From: Octopus sinensis
Lineage: Eukaryota
Direction: 5' to 3'
Assembly (NCBI RefSeq): GCF_006345805.1
Contig: NC_043024.1
Coordinates: 9,486,001-9,550,000 of the forward strand
DNA length: 64,000 nt
How positions within the stretch are numbered: the stretch's first letter is position 1; every line of letters starts with the position of its first letter. Position numbers and translations under genes: made by a program. Positions 53,192 to 64,000 of the stretch are shown one piece after another. A model generated the notes under the pieces. It was not told the DNA's origin. It worked only from the letters and a program-made list of their open reading frames with translations, and searched no databases.

Positions 53192-54558
53192 GTAACAGGT
53201 TTTGTTGATTTTCTGCTGCTTAAATAAAGCATATTACTCTACCACTGGTATTTGAGTACTCTTTTTTCCACCACCTTGTTTCACATTTATGTGTTTACTA
53301 CTCCGGTATATATATATATATATCACATATTCTTAATAACTGGTACGACTCTTGTTTGTCTCTCTCTCTCTCTCACTTTTACTTGATCTGTCCCCTTCTC
53401 TCTCTCTACTCATCCTCTTTTTCTCTCTCTCTTTTCTCTGATTCTTTGGTCTAATCTCCACTACCCTCCTATTTCTTTGTCTCGCTCTGCACTGCACTCA
53501 CAGGTCGCTCTTCGACACCCCTCCCTTCTCCTCTCTGATTCCTTCTTTCTCTCTCTTCTCGCTCTTTGTCGCGTTTGTCCCTCCTCTCTCTCTCTCTCTC
53601 TCTCTCCGTTGCTTCTCTTTCTTTTCTTTTCTCTCTCTCTGTCACGTGACTGCTGGCCGAAATCTGCCTTTCAGCTTCTGACCAGCGTCGTGTTAACATC
53701 GTTGTTTTTCTCCGGCCGCTATAGGCATCGCCGATAAGGCTCCTTTCCTTGCGCCAGAGAAAAATTTGTTTGCTTGTTATCAGTCGTAAGACACTTGTTG
53801 TTGTTTTTCACCGTTAATGCTTCTGTATTTCATGTTTCTGTATTCCATTATTTTTTGTTTTTTATATTCATCCCTTTTGCTGTCCTGGTGTCCGTATGCA
53901 TTCGATCCTTCTTCCAGGAAATCTACGCTCCTAGCTTAGTTTTTCTAATGCTCGTTGCTTAGTTTTTCTTGAGGGCTGGCCGTGATCTAGTAATCTCAAG
54001 ATTATCAGCCGAAATTACTACGATGATCCGGTTCTTGACTAAAGACTGAGGGTTTCGAATGTCCTGTCCGTGTTTATTGTATCGTCTTCTAAGAGTTATA
54101 CGGTCTTGTCCATGTTGTATTTTTCTACATACCTTAATATATATATATATATATATATTAATATATATTATATATATATATATATATATAATATAATAAC
54201 AAGGGTAAAATTAATTAATTAAGAAGTAATCAATAAGTTCACCAAGTAGAATTCGGCATAAAAAAGGGCCATTTCTCACGGTTAAACTTAAGTAATACTT
54301 TATAATTAGGGTTCAGCAGAAGATTTGCTTCACCACATACGAAGTTTAGAAATAGCAGTCAAAACACCTTAGCTATTCTTCTAACTTTAAAAGGGACTCC
54401 CAGAAGTGTTTTGGTTATCTGGGAGTCCCTTTTTAAAGTAGAAGAATAGCTAAGGTTTTTTTACTGCTATTTCTAAACTCGGTATGTGTAAAGCAATCTT
54501 TGCTGACCCTAATTATAAAGTATATATAGATAGATAGATAGATGATGCGGAAACTTAC

Positions 54559-54641
54559 ATGAATCCTCCTTTGATCGTCATGTATTTCTTCTTCACCTCC
54601 AAGTAATCTTTTTCGTGTTGCATTCTGTCCGCTTTCACCTC
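54559..54641 (-). CDS. Coiled-coil protein, internal exon
   Basis: Acceptor ttatttgtctctgaag|, donor |gtaagt, 83 bp, phase 0-2; EVKADRMQHEKDYLEVKKKYMTIKGGF. Confidence 0.8.
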
Positions 54642-56319
54642 CTTCAGAGACAAATAAGAATAGCTCTTTCACTTTATTATCTGATATTTATTCATTTGCA
54701 CACACACACACACACACACAAACACACACATACATATACATATATATAAATATGTATGTATTTATGTATGTATGTATGTATGTATGTATATTTTTGTTTT
54801 TACTTGTTTCAGTCATTTGACTGCGGCCATGCTGGAGCACCGCCTTTAGTCGAGCAAATCGACCCCGGGACTTATTCTTTGTAAGCCTAGTACTTATTCT
54901 ATCGGTCTCTTTTTCCCGAACCGCTAAGTGACGGGGACGTAAACACACCAGCATCGGTTGCCAAGCAATGCTAGGGGGGCAAACACAGACACACAAACAC
55001 ACACATATAGAAAAATATACGACGGGCTTCTTTCAGTTTCCGTCTACCAAATCCAATCACAAGGCTTTGGTCGGCCCGGGGCTATAGCAGAAGACACTTG
55101 CCCAAGATTCCACGCAGTGGGACTGAACCCGGAACCACGTGGCTGGTTAGCAAGCTACTTACCACACAGCCAATCCTGCGCCTATATATATATAAAGGGA
55201 AAGTTTACGAAAATAAACAAAAGACGAAGGTAGGTGGTGTACAAACAAACAAATGTATTAGTATAGCGCTCAGGAATAGAAAAAGTCTTTTACGTTTCGA
55301 GCCTACGCTCTTCCACAGAAAGGGACACAGAAATAACAAGGAGAGAAAAAAAATGCGTGTAGTGGCTAACGATCTATCATGGCGTCTGACTTCGGACAGA
55401 ATGGTCAGACGCGAGAGGGACAGTGGGGGAGATAACAGGGTCAAGTGACTTCCAATACGAAGGAGCCCCCAACACAAAGGTCCGTGTGTGTATAATAGAG
55501 TATGTATGTGCGTGTGAAAGGAGGCTGGTGGTCTGGACGTGTGTGTGTATGCATGTGTGGGTGTGGAGATGTTGGGATGGATGTGTGGGTGGTGTGTTGT
55601 GATGTAATCTATTTCTTTACTACCCACAAGGGGCTAAACACAGAGAGGACAAGCAGGGACTGACACACGGATTAAGTCGATTATATCGACTCCAGTGCGT
55701 AACTGGTACTTATTTAATCGACCCCGAAAGGATGAAAGGCAAAGTTGACCTCGGCGGAATTTGAACTCAGAACGTAGTGGCAGACGAAATACCTATTTCT
55801 TTACTACCCACACGGGGCTAAACACAGAGGGGACAAACAAGGACAGATAAACGCATTAAGTCGATTACATCGACCCCAGTGCGTAACTGGTACTTAATTT
55901 ATCGATCCCGAAAGGATGAAAGGCAAAGTAACCTCGGCGGAATTTGAACTCAATAACGTAGCGGCATACGAAGTACCTATTTCTTTACTACCCAAAGAGG
56001 GGCTAAACACAGAGGGGACAAACAAGGACAGACAACGGATTAATCGATTATATCAACCCCAGTGCGTACTGTACTTATTTATCGACCCTGAAAGGATAAA
56101 GGCAAAGTCGACCTCAGCGGAATTTGAACTCAGAACGTAACAGCAGACGAAATACGGCTACGCATTTCGCCCGGCGTGCTAACGTCTTTGCTGGCTCGCC
56201 GCCTTACAATAATTCATGGCGAGTACCGAGATCGGCGATGCTCCAGCAAGGCCGCAGTCCAATGACAGAAAGAAGTAAAAGCATTAAAAGAGGTAAGACG
56301 ACGCTTGCAAATTCCTCAC

Positions 56320-56456
56320 TTTTATCTGTTGACAGAGTTCCTCAGTTCTTCTCTCTGCTTCGTACCTCTGTTTAATCAACAGGTCTCGCCTTCGAAAATT
56401 TTCTTCTTCGTTTTTCTTTCTTTCCATGACTGCTTCTTTCAAAGCTTTCTGGTTAA
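56320..56456 (-). CDS. Coiled-coil protein, internal exon
   Basis: Acceptor after a T-rich tract ...gaaaccag|, donor |gtgagg, 137 bp, phase 1-0; (V)NQKALKEAVMERKKNEEENFRRRDLLIKQRYEAERRTEELCQQIK. Confidence 0.8.
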
Positions 56457-57555
56457 CTGGTTTCAGATTTTAGAAAGAAAGAAAAAAAAAACATTTACAA
56501 AACACGGATAACAAATATTGCATTGGCTTCTAGACTCGTCAATAGTTTGTTGTTATTGTTGTTCTCGTTTTTATTGTTGTTGTATAAAAGCGCAGGAGTG
56601 ACTGTGTGGTAAGTAGCTTGTTTACCAACCACATGGTTCGGGGTTCAGTCCCACTTCGTGGCACCTTGGGCAAGTGTCTTCTGCTATAGCCTCGGGCCGA
56701 CCAAAGCCTTGTGAGTGGATTTGGTAGACGGAAACTGAAAGAAGCCCGTTGTAAATATGTATATGTATATATATATGTATGTGTATGTGTGTGTGTTTGT
56801 GTGTCTGTGTTTGTCCCACTAGCATTGCTTGACAACCGATGCTGGTGTGTTTATGTCCCCGTTACTTAGCGGTTCGGCAAAAGAGACCGATAGAATAAGT
56901 GCTGGGCTTACAAAAAGAATAAGTCCCGAGGTCGAGTTGCTCGATTAAAGGCGGTGCTCCAGCAGGGCCGCAGTCAAATGACTGAAACAAGTAAAAGAAT
57001 AAAAAGAAAAGTCACACGGCCATACTAGATCCGGTATGGCCGTGTGGTAGGAAGCTTGCTTCCCAACTACACGGTTCCGGGTTCAGTCCCACTGCGTGGC
57101 ACCTTGGGTAAGTGTCTTCTACTATAGCTTCGGGCCGACCAAAGCCTTGTGAGTGGATTTGGTAGACGTGTATGAGCGTATGTATGTGTGTTAACATATT
57201 TCTGCCGAAATACGAAGCCTCTGTTTTAATTAATTTTGGAATTTAATGAAATAATTTTGTTAATTAAGCCAGCGTTAAAGACATAAATTAACATTTATAA
57301 TGTTTAGGGACACCGTATTTCGTTATGCAACCATAACATACTACAAAATATATTGAACGTTTTTATAAGCCAATCCTGTGTTCTACTGTGTTAGCAGTGC
57401 TACTACATCGCTTGTTACGGCTATCTCTGAAATTTTTACGGAAGGTTTAGCTTTCAATCATTTTAAAACAGAAAGTTTGTATCAGAGAACGAGAGGCGAC
57501 GTTGGGGAGCTTGGTGACAAGGAGTTAAAACCGGTAAACTGCGCCGTAGTCTTAC

Positions 57556-57680
57556 CTTCCATTTCCGTTTTGGCTGAGTCTATTTTCTTTTTTAATTCAT
57601 ATTTAGTCCGCGTATGCACCGACTGCAATAGTTTGGCCCTCTCCAGCTCCGAGTTGTTTTCTACTTCAAACAGTTTCTGG
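57556..57680 (-). CDS. Coiled-coil protein, internal exon
   Basis: Acceptor tttgtattacag|, donor |gtaaga, 125 bp, phase 2-1; (S)QKLFEVENNSELERAKLLQSVHTRTKYELKKKIDSAKTEME. Confidence 0.85.
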
Positions 57681-57764
57681 CTGTAATACAAACACAAACG
57701 CTTGCTACCATAGCTTTATTCTCACACACTTCGAGGTTCTGACGAGGTGATTTTCAATGCGTGC

Positions 57765-58370
57765 ATACATACATACATACATACATACATACATACATAC
57801 ATACATACATACATACATACATACATACATAATACATACATACATACTTGCATACATACATACATACATACATACATACAAACATATATACATACATACA
57901 TACATACATACATACATAATACATACATACATACATACATACATACATACATACATACAAACATACATACATACATACATACATAATACATACATACTTA
58001 CATACATACATAAATACATACATACATACATACATACATACAAACATACATACATACATACATACAAACATACATACATACAAACATACATACATACATA
58101 CATACATACAAACATACATACATACATACATACAAACATACATACATACATACAAACATACATACATTACATACATTACATACAACAACATACAAAACAT
58201 ACATCATACATACTTACATACATAATAAATACATACATACATACATACATACATACATACATACAAACAACCATACATACATACATACATACATACATAC
58301 ATACACACATACATACATACATACATACATACATACAATACATACATACATACATACATATGTGTATACA
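57765..58370. repeat. (ATAC)n microsatellite
   Basis: Directly visible; intronic. Confidence 0.97.
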
Positions 58371-58956
58371 CATGCACACTGACGCACACACACACAAACA
58401 AACAAAAGAACGCAGCTCGGATAATGTACAGAGTCAATGACTATTGAAGACGTTGCAAGAAGCAACGAAAATTTTAGAAAAAATAAATAAGCATATATGT
58501 GGAAATCGAACAGGTGAGTGCGTTAATTAATAAGGCTTTAAAACATAATGACTCCCATGTTACGAAAAGGAAATATAAAATACATGTGGAAATGTAAGGG
58601 TAAAACATGAAAAATCAACGAAAATGCATATTGCAAATAGAAAAAAGGCTATTTATGACAGGTAACGACAAATATATACACATTTAGATTGACTGAGGTA
58701 GTAATACGAGTCATAAAAGTCATTATTATGAGATGATTATAAGATGATAATAAAGTTTTGTTCTCTTACTTTATTATCATCATCTTATAATCATCTCATA
58801 ATAATGACCTTTATGACTCGTATTACTACTCTCAGTCAATCTAAATGTATATATTTGTCGTTACCTGTCATAATAGCCTTTTTCTATTTGCAATATGCAT
58901 TTTCGTTGATTTTCATATTTTACCCCTATTACTATATATATATATATATATATATA

Positions 58957-59001
<45 letters not shown>

Positions 59002-59011
59002 TAATAGATTT

Positions 59012-59078
<67 letters not shown>

Positions 59079-59129
59079 TTATTACTCACGTGTGTGTGGT
59101 GGGGGTTACATATATAAGTATATATTTAC

Positions 59130-60233
59130 CTGTAAACTGTCTCCAGGTTTTTCAACTTCAGTTTAGTCTTCGCAACGCTTTTGTTCAGCTGCTGAACCAA
59201 CAGGCTCTTCTCTTTGAGCACTTTGGACAACTTGGTGGGGTTCTCGACGCTCATCTGGGAAATCCTCTCTTCCAGCAAACGGTTCTTCTCCTTCACAGAG
59301 TCCTTAACGTTCATCAGGCGGTCGTGCCTTTTCGACAGTTGTTGGAAATCCTTCTCCATCGCAAGAATGTCAGCAGCCCGCACCATCTTCTGCTTCTCGG
59401 CGTCTGTCTTGAATGCGTTCAATTCCTCGTGGACTGTTTCCATTGTCTGCAGCCGACACCTGCGGTTGTCCAGCTCGTTCTTCAGTGCCATTATTTCGGC
59501 AGACTTTTCTCTTTGTTGCGCCCGCAACATATCGATTTCGGTCAAAGGGGACTGGAGGTCAAAAGGCTGTGCCAGAACCGCCATGTCTGCGTCACCTCCC
59601 TCTGCTCTCGACGATGGTGGTGGTGGTAGTGGTTGTTGTTTTGGTGGTAGTGTTGTTGGCGGTGGTGGCGGTAGTGGTGGTGGTTGCCGCTTTCGTCGAC
59701 GTCGACGTCGTGATGACGCTGCTGCCGCTCCTACCAACGATAACGATGATGACGATGACGACAACGATGACGACGATGATGACGACGATGGGAAGACTAC
59801 GCAAGTGCAGGACGGTGGTGACGACGTACCACTAGCATGGTACTGACATGTTGACGTACACGGCGTCGGCGACGTCGGCGGCAATTCCAGCGGTGATGAC
59901 GGCGACGGTGGGGACTCTTGCGGCGATGACGGCGGCGGCGGCGGCGGCGGCGGGCGGCGGCGGCGGTGGCGGCGATATCGCGAGGGTCGACGATGAGGAC
60001 AGGGTCGTTATCAACGATGCTGACGATGACGATGTTGGGGGCGACGGCAGCTTGAACTTCAGGGGCAAAGGGAACAGAATGGCTGTCAGTGACTCCTCCT
60101 TCTCACCATCGTCGCTGCTGTCATCATCGTCATCATCTTGACCGTTGTCATCATCGTCATCGTACACAACTCTTGCTCCTCCGCCCACTTCTGTTGTTGC
60201 GTTAAAATTCTCCGTTGATTTCCGGGTCTGATT
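59130..60233 (-). CDS. Coiled-coil protein, large exon: low-complexity D/S/P/R region then coiled coil; 1-bp frame break at 59952-59954
   Basis: Acceptor (t)n-gatag| at 60234, donor |gtaaat at 59129. The C-terminal part MAVLAQPFDLQSP...KNLETVY is E/K/L-rich and heptad-like and splices in phase to 57680. The 3' boundary is firm; the 5' boundary is less so. Family not recognised. Confidence 0.75.
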
Positions 60234-60289
60234 CTATCAAAAAAAAAAGTAAAAAAAGAAGAAAAAAAAACGAAAATAAAAAAAATGAA

Positions 60290-60472
60290 TTTTTAAAAAA
60301 ATTAAAGAATTTTTTTTTAAAACTTTTTTTACTTTTTTTGACAACTGTGTCGCCATTTTTCGGTGTATTTCAACCAGAAAAATGTTCACTTAAAGAGAAT
60401 AACAAGCTACATAATGCAAAATTTTTACTTTTAAAAATTCCAATTCTAAAGGGTCGAAACAATGGTTTTTCA
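60290..60472 (+). mobile_element. Internal fragment of the Helitron-type family
   Basis: Matches about 15980-16110 (ccagaaaaatgttcacttaaagagaataacaagct...ccaattctaaaggg). Confidence 0.75.
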
Positions 60473-60797
60473 TAATTAAAAAAAAAGTTTTTAAAAAAAA
60501 ACGAAAATAAAAAAATTAATTTTAAAAAAAATTTAAATAATTTTTTTTTTTAAATTATGAAAAACAATTTAAATGCAATTAAATATGATTGAAATCTATA
60601 AAATAGGCGGCGCAGGAGTGGCTGTGTGGTAAGTAGCTTGTTTACCAACCACATGGTTCCGGGTTCAGTCCCACTGCATGGCACCTTGGGCAAGTGTCTT
60701 CTACTATAGCCTCGGGCCGACCAAAGCCCTGTGAATGGATTTGGTAGACGGAAACTGAAAGAAGCCCGTCGTATATATGTATATATATATATATATA

Positions 60798-60847
<50 letters not shown>

Positions 60848-61021
60848 TATATATTATATATGAGTAGTTGAATGAATTATCTTGTTATGGATAATTCGGT
60901 TAACATCAGAGAAGACACGTTTGAAGTTACGTGCTTTCGTGTGGAAATTTGTATGTTTATTTTAAAAATAATATATATGAAAGAAGGAGTTGAACGACGA
61001 ATTACAAAAAATTCCTTGTAT

Positions 61022-61104
61022 TTTTCGACATATGTTTCGAAGGCTGCATATTCCTAATTGCGAAGGAATAAGGAGTATATTATGCCGCTTTCTCATCAGG
61101 AAAA
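61022..61104 (-). ncRNA. Type I hammerhead ribozyme motif
   Basis: On the minus strand: stem I TTTTC/GAAAA; CTGATGA (61099-61093); stem II gaaagcggcata/tatgcagccttc (10 of 12 paired) with an inner ttcct/aggaa hairpin; GAAA; palindromic stem III ACATATGT; GUC cleavage between 61027 and 61026. Confidence 0.85.
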
Positions 61105-61711
61105 GCAAGGAACTTATGTCAACATCAAGATGCACAAAAAACTTTTAGATGATTGCTCACACGGAGCCCATAGTGATAATGAGTGTCTCTTTAAAAATTC
61201 CTTTATAAGGAGTGACGTCAAAATGGTTGGATGTAGAAGAATCTAGAAGGTTCTAAAGGTTCAAGGGTTCAAACGAAGTAGGAGAAGAGAGGCATAAGAA
61301 TAGGAAGGTGAAAGGGTGCAGTTCAAATGAATGGTGAATTTTCTTTTGTGAGTGAGTGTCTGTGTGTGTGACTGTATATAACGGCATTAATGTGTGTGTG
61401 TGTATGTGTGTGCGTGATTGTGTTTGTGGATGGGTGGGTGTCAGAAAACAGACAGTGTTGAGGTGAACGGTTTGTGTCTGTGTGTTTAAATGTGCTTACT
61501 ATAGATAGAGGGAAATAGAGAGAGAAAGAGGAGGGCGAGGTATAGGGACAAAGGTAACACATACTCACTGGATTGAGTAGTAGTTCTTTGAAAGTATAAA
61601 AAGAATTTTTTGACTATGGGGGTGAAATATATAAAAAATAGTTATATTAATTAAAATTCAAGGGGCTATCTATATTAATCATTATTCATATGATTGAAAG
61701 GTGTGTTTTTG

Positions 61712-62038
61712 TCAGTGCATGCATCTGTAGGACCTCTTGACGATTGTATTTATTAAAGGGACTTTGGCAAACAAAATATGAAAAAGTTCGGAATTACAGA
61801 CGCCGCAATGTTTTCTGCCCTTGTCAAACGGGAAGGATACCGACAATATGGACCATTCCAGTTTAAAAGTTGTATTGCTGTCCTTCAGACGCCAAACTAA
61901 TTTACTTAGTCCCGTGCTGTGTTGTTTTCTCTTACCTCTGAAAGTTGAGTAATGGTTGGATATCCTTTGGGCTAATTTAGAAGAAGTTGCTCCAATGTAG
62001 AAGAAGACATCTGTTCCCGAAGAAATTTTGCACAGCAT
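61712..62038 (-). mobile_element. Penelope-like element GIY-YIG endonuclease remnant
   Basis: CKISSGTDVFFYIGATSSKLAQRISNHYSTF...STGLSKLVWRLK...EWSIL...C.VC..ELFHI. The inverted copy at 62224-62298 supplies the upstream NTIYQC motif. A hammerhead lies about 600 bp downstream on the same strand. Confidence 0.85.
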
Positions 62039-62489
62039 TCCTATAGTCAGAGAAATTGCCGACGATATTACAATTAATAGTAATGATAATGATAGTAATG
62101 ATAATGAATAGTATCGTGGCCAATGCTAGCAACAAAATTTACACCTATCATAACAATAAAAACTCTGTCTTAGTATCGGATGTTAACCCCAACAGATTAA
62201 AGTTCCTATCCAAAAATTCCTAAATTAGAAACACCATTTACCAGTGCAAAATTTCTTCGGGAACCGATGTCTTCTTCTACATTGGAGCAACTTCTTCTTT
62301 TGGCTGTCTCCACACGTATACTCAGGCGCAGGAGTGGCTGCGCGGTAAGTAGCTTGCTTACCAGCCACATGGTTCCGGGTTCAGTTCCACTGAGTGGCAC
62401 CTTGGGTAAGTGTCTTCTACTATAGCCTCAGGTCGACCCAAGCCTTGTGAGTGGATTTGGCAGACGGAAACTGAAAGAAGCCCATCCTA

Positions 62490-62542
<53 letters not shown>

Positions 62543-62991
62543 TATATTGTGTGTGTGTGTGTGTGTGTGTATATGTTTGTATGTCTGTGTTTGTCCCACC
62601 AACATCGTTTACAACCGGTGCTGGTGTGTTTATGTCCCCGTAACTTAGCGGTTTGGCACAAGAGACCGATAGAATAAGTACTAGGCTTACAAAGAATAAG
62701 TCCTGGGGTCGATTTGTTCGACTCAAGGCGGTGCTCCAGCATGGCCACAGTACAAATGACTGGAACAAGTAAAAGAGAGAGAGAGAGTATATATATATAT
62801 ACATATATATGTGTGTGTGTGTGTGTGTATGTGTGTGTATATGTGTGTGTGTATGTGTGTGTGTATGTGTGTGTATGTGTGTGTGTGTGTATGTGTGTGT
62901 ATTACGTGGCACCACGCATATGAATGTGTGTGTACGCGTGCGCGCTCGCGCGTTGTTTTCACAGGAATTATCATCTCACACTAACACCCGA

Positions 62992-62994
<3 letters not shown>

Positions 62995-63025
<31 letters not shown>

Positions 63026-63520
63026 CGTGATGGTAGTAGTATGGTGGTGGTGGTGGTGGGTGGTGGTGGTGGGTTGTGGTAGTAGTAGTATAGTAGTAGT
63101 AGTAGTAGTATTGGGGGTGTGGTGGTGGTGGTGGTGGTGGTGGTGGTGGTAGTAGTAGTAGTAGTTATAGTATTGGTGGTGGTGGTGGTGGTGGTGTGGT
63201 GGTGGTGTTGGTGAGTAGTGTGGTGGTGGTGGTAGTAGTATGGTGGTGGTGGTGTGTGGTGGTGGTGGTGTGGTGGTGTAGTGGTGGTGGTGGTGGTGGT
63301 GGTGTTGTGGTGGTAGAGTAGTAGTAGTAGTGGTGGTGGTGGTGGTAGTAGTAGTGGTGGTGGTGGTGGTGGTGGTGGTGTGGAGTAGTGTAGTGGTGGT
63401 GGTGGTGGTGGTGGTGGGTGGTGGTAGTAGTAGTAGTATTAGTAGTAGTAGTAGTAGTAGTAATTAGTAGCAGTAGTTTTAGTAGTATAGTATTGGTGGT
63501 GGTAGTAGCATATTAGTTGT
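62995..63520. repeat. (GGT/AGT)n repeat, indel-noisy
   Basis: Directly visible. Confidence 0.9.
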
Positions 63521-63523
63521 AGT

Positions 63524-63915
63524 GTGGAGGCGCAATGGCCCAGTGGTTAGGGCAGCGACTCGCGGTCGTAGGATCGCGGTTTCGATTCCCAGACCGGGCG
63601 TGTGAGTGTTTTTGAGCGGTGAACGAACACCTAAAAGCTCCACGAGGCTCCGGCAGGGGATGGTGGTGATCCCTGCTGTACTCTTTCACCACAACTTTCT
63701 CTCACTCTTACTTCCTGTTTCTGTTGTAACCTGTTTTTCAAGGGGCCGGCCTGTCACTCTCTGTGTCACGCTGAATATCCCCGAGAACTACGTTAAGGGT
63801 ACACGTGTCTGTGGAGTGCTCAGCCACTTACACGTTAATTTCACGAGCAGGCTGTTCCGTTGATTCGGATCAACCGGAACCCTCGTCGTCGTAACCGACG
63901 GAGTGCTTCCATTCC
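63524..63915 (+). mobile_element. Full-length tRNA-derived SINE with 12-bp TSD
   Basis: Head gtggaggcgcaatggcccagtggttagg..gtttcgattccc; TSD attagttgtagt at 63512-63523 and 63916-63927. Confidence 0.85.
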
Positions 63916-64000
63916 ATTAGTTGTAGTAGTAGTAGCAGCAGCAGCAGTAGTAATAGCAGTAGTAGTAGTAGTAGTAGTAGTAATGGGGATGGTGGTGGAA

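Noticed and set aside
53780-53930. In-phase open frame (MSVDFLEEG...VSYD*) as the last exon of the coiled-coil gene
   Set aside because: The acceptor is purine-rich, and the sequence appears, from memory, to belong to a dispersed octopus repeat (ttccaggaaatcta.gctc.tagcttagtttttct...cagccgaaatt); not verified.

Overview
Eukaryotic, repeat-saturated genomic DNA. The SINE/MITE/microsatellite repertoire suggests an octopus (inference); there is one 100-N gap at 52535-52634. Almost all ORFs in the supplied track are microsatellite or SINE artefacts. I could splice two partial genes by hand, both on the minus strand, with GT-AG boundaries and matching intron phases. (1) An integrin alpha subunit: three beta-propeller exons at 15478-15360, 12219-12143 and 2564-2394; its first exon and all downstream exons were not found. 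(2) An unidentified coiled-coil protein: exons at 60233-59130, 57680-57556, 56456-56320 and 54641-54559, with a 1-bp frame break inside a (CCG)n run. The most interesting non-coding signals are two intact type I hammerhead ribozyme motifs (3837-3927 +, 61022-61104 -) plus degenerate copies, tied to Penelope-like elements (one with a GIY-YIG remnant); a 5.5-kb satellite made of about 23 TTAA-flanked MITEs; a four-unit tandem array of a CR1/L2-type LINE 3' end; Helitron-type elements; and about eight long fold-back inverted repeats. I found no CRISPR array, rRNA or true tRNA gene, and no evidence for a wholly new biological system. The hammerhead/Penelope association is a known class.
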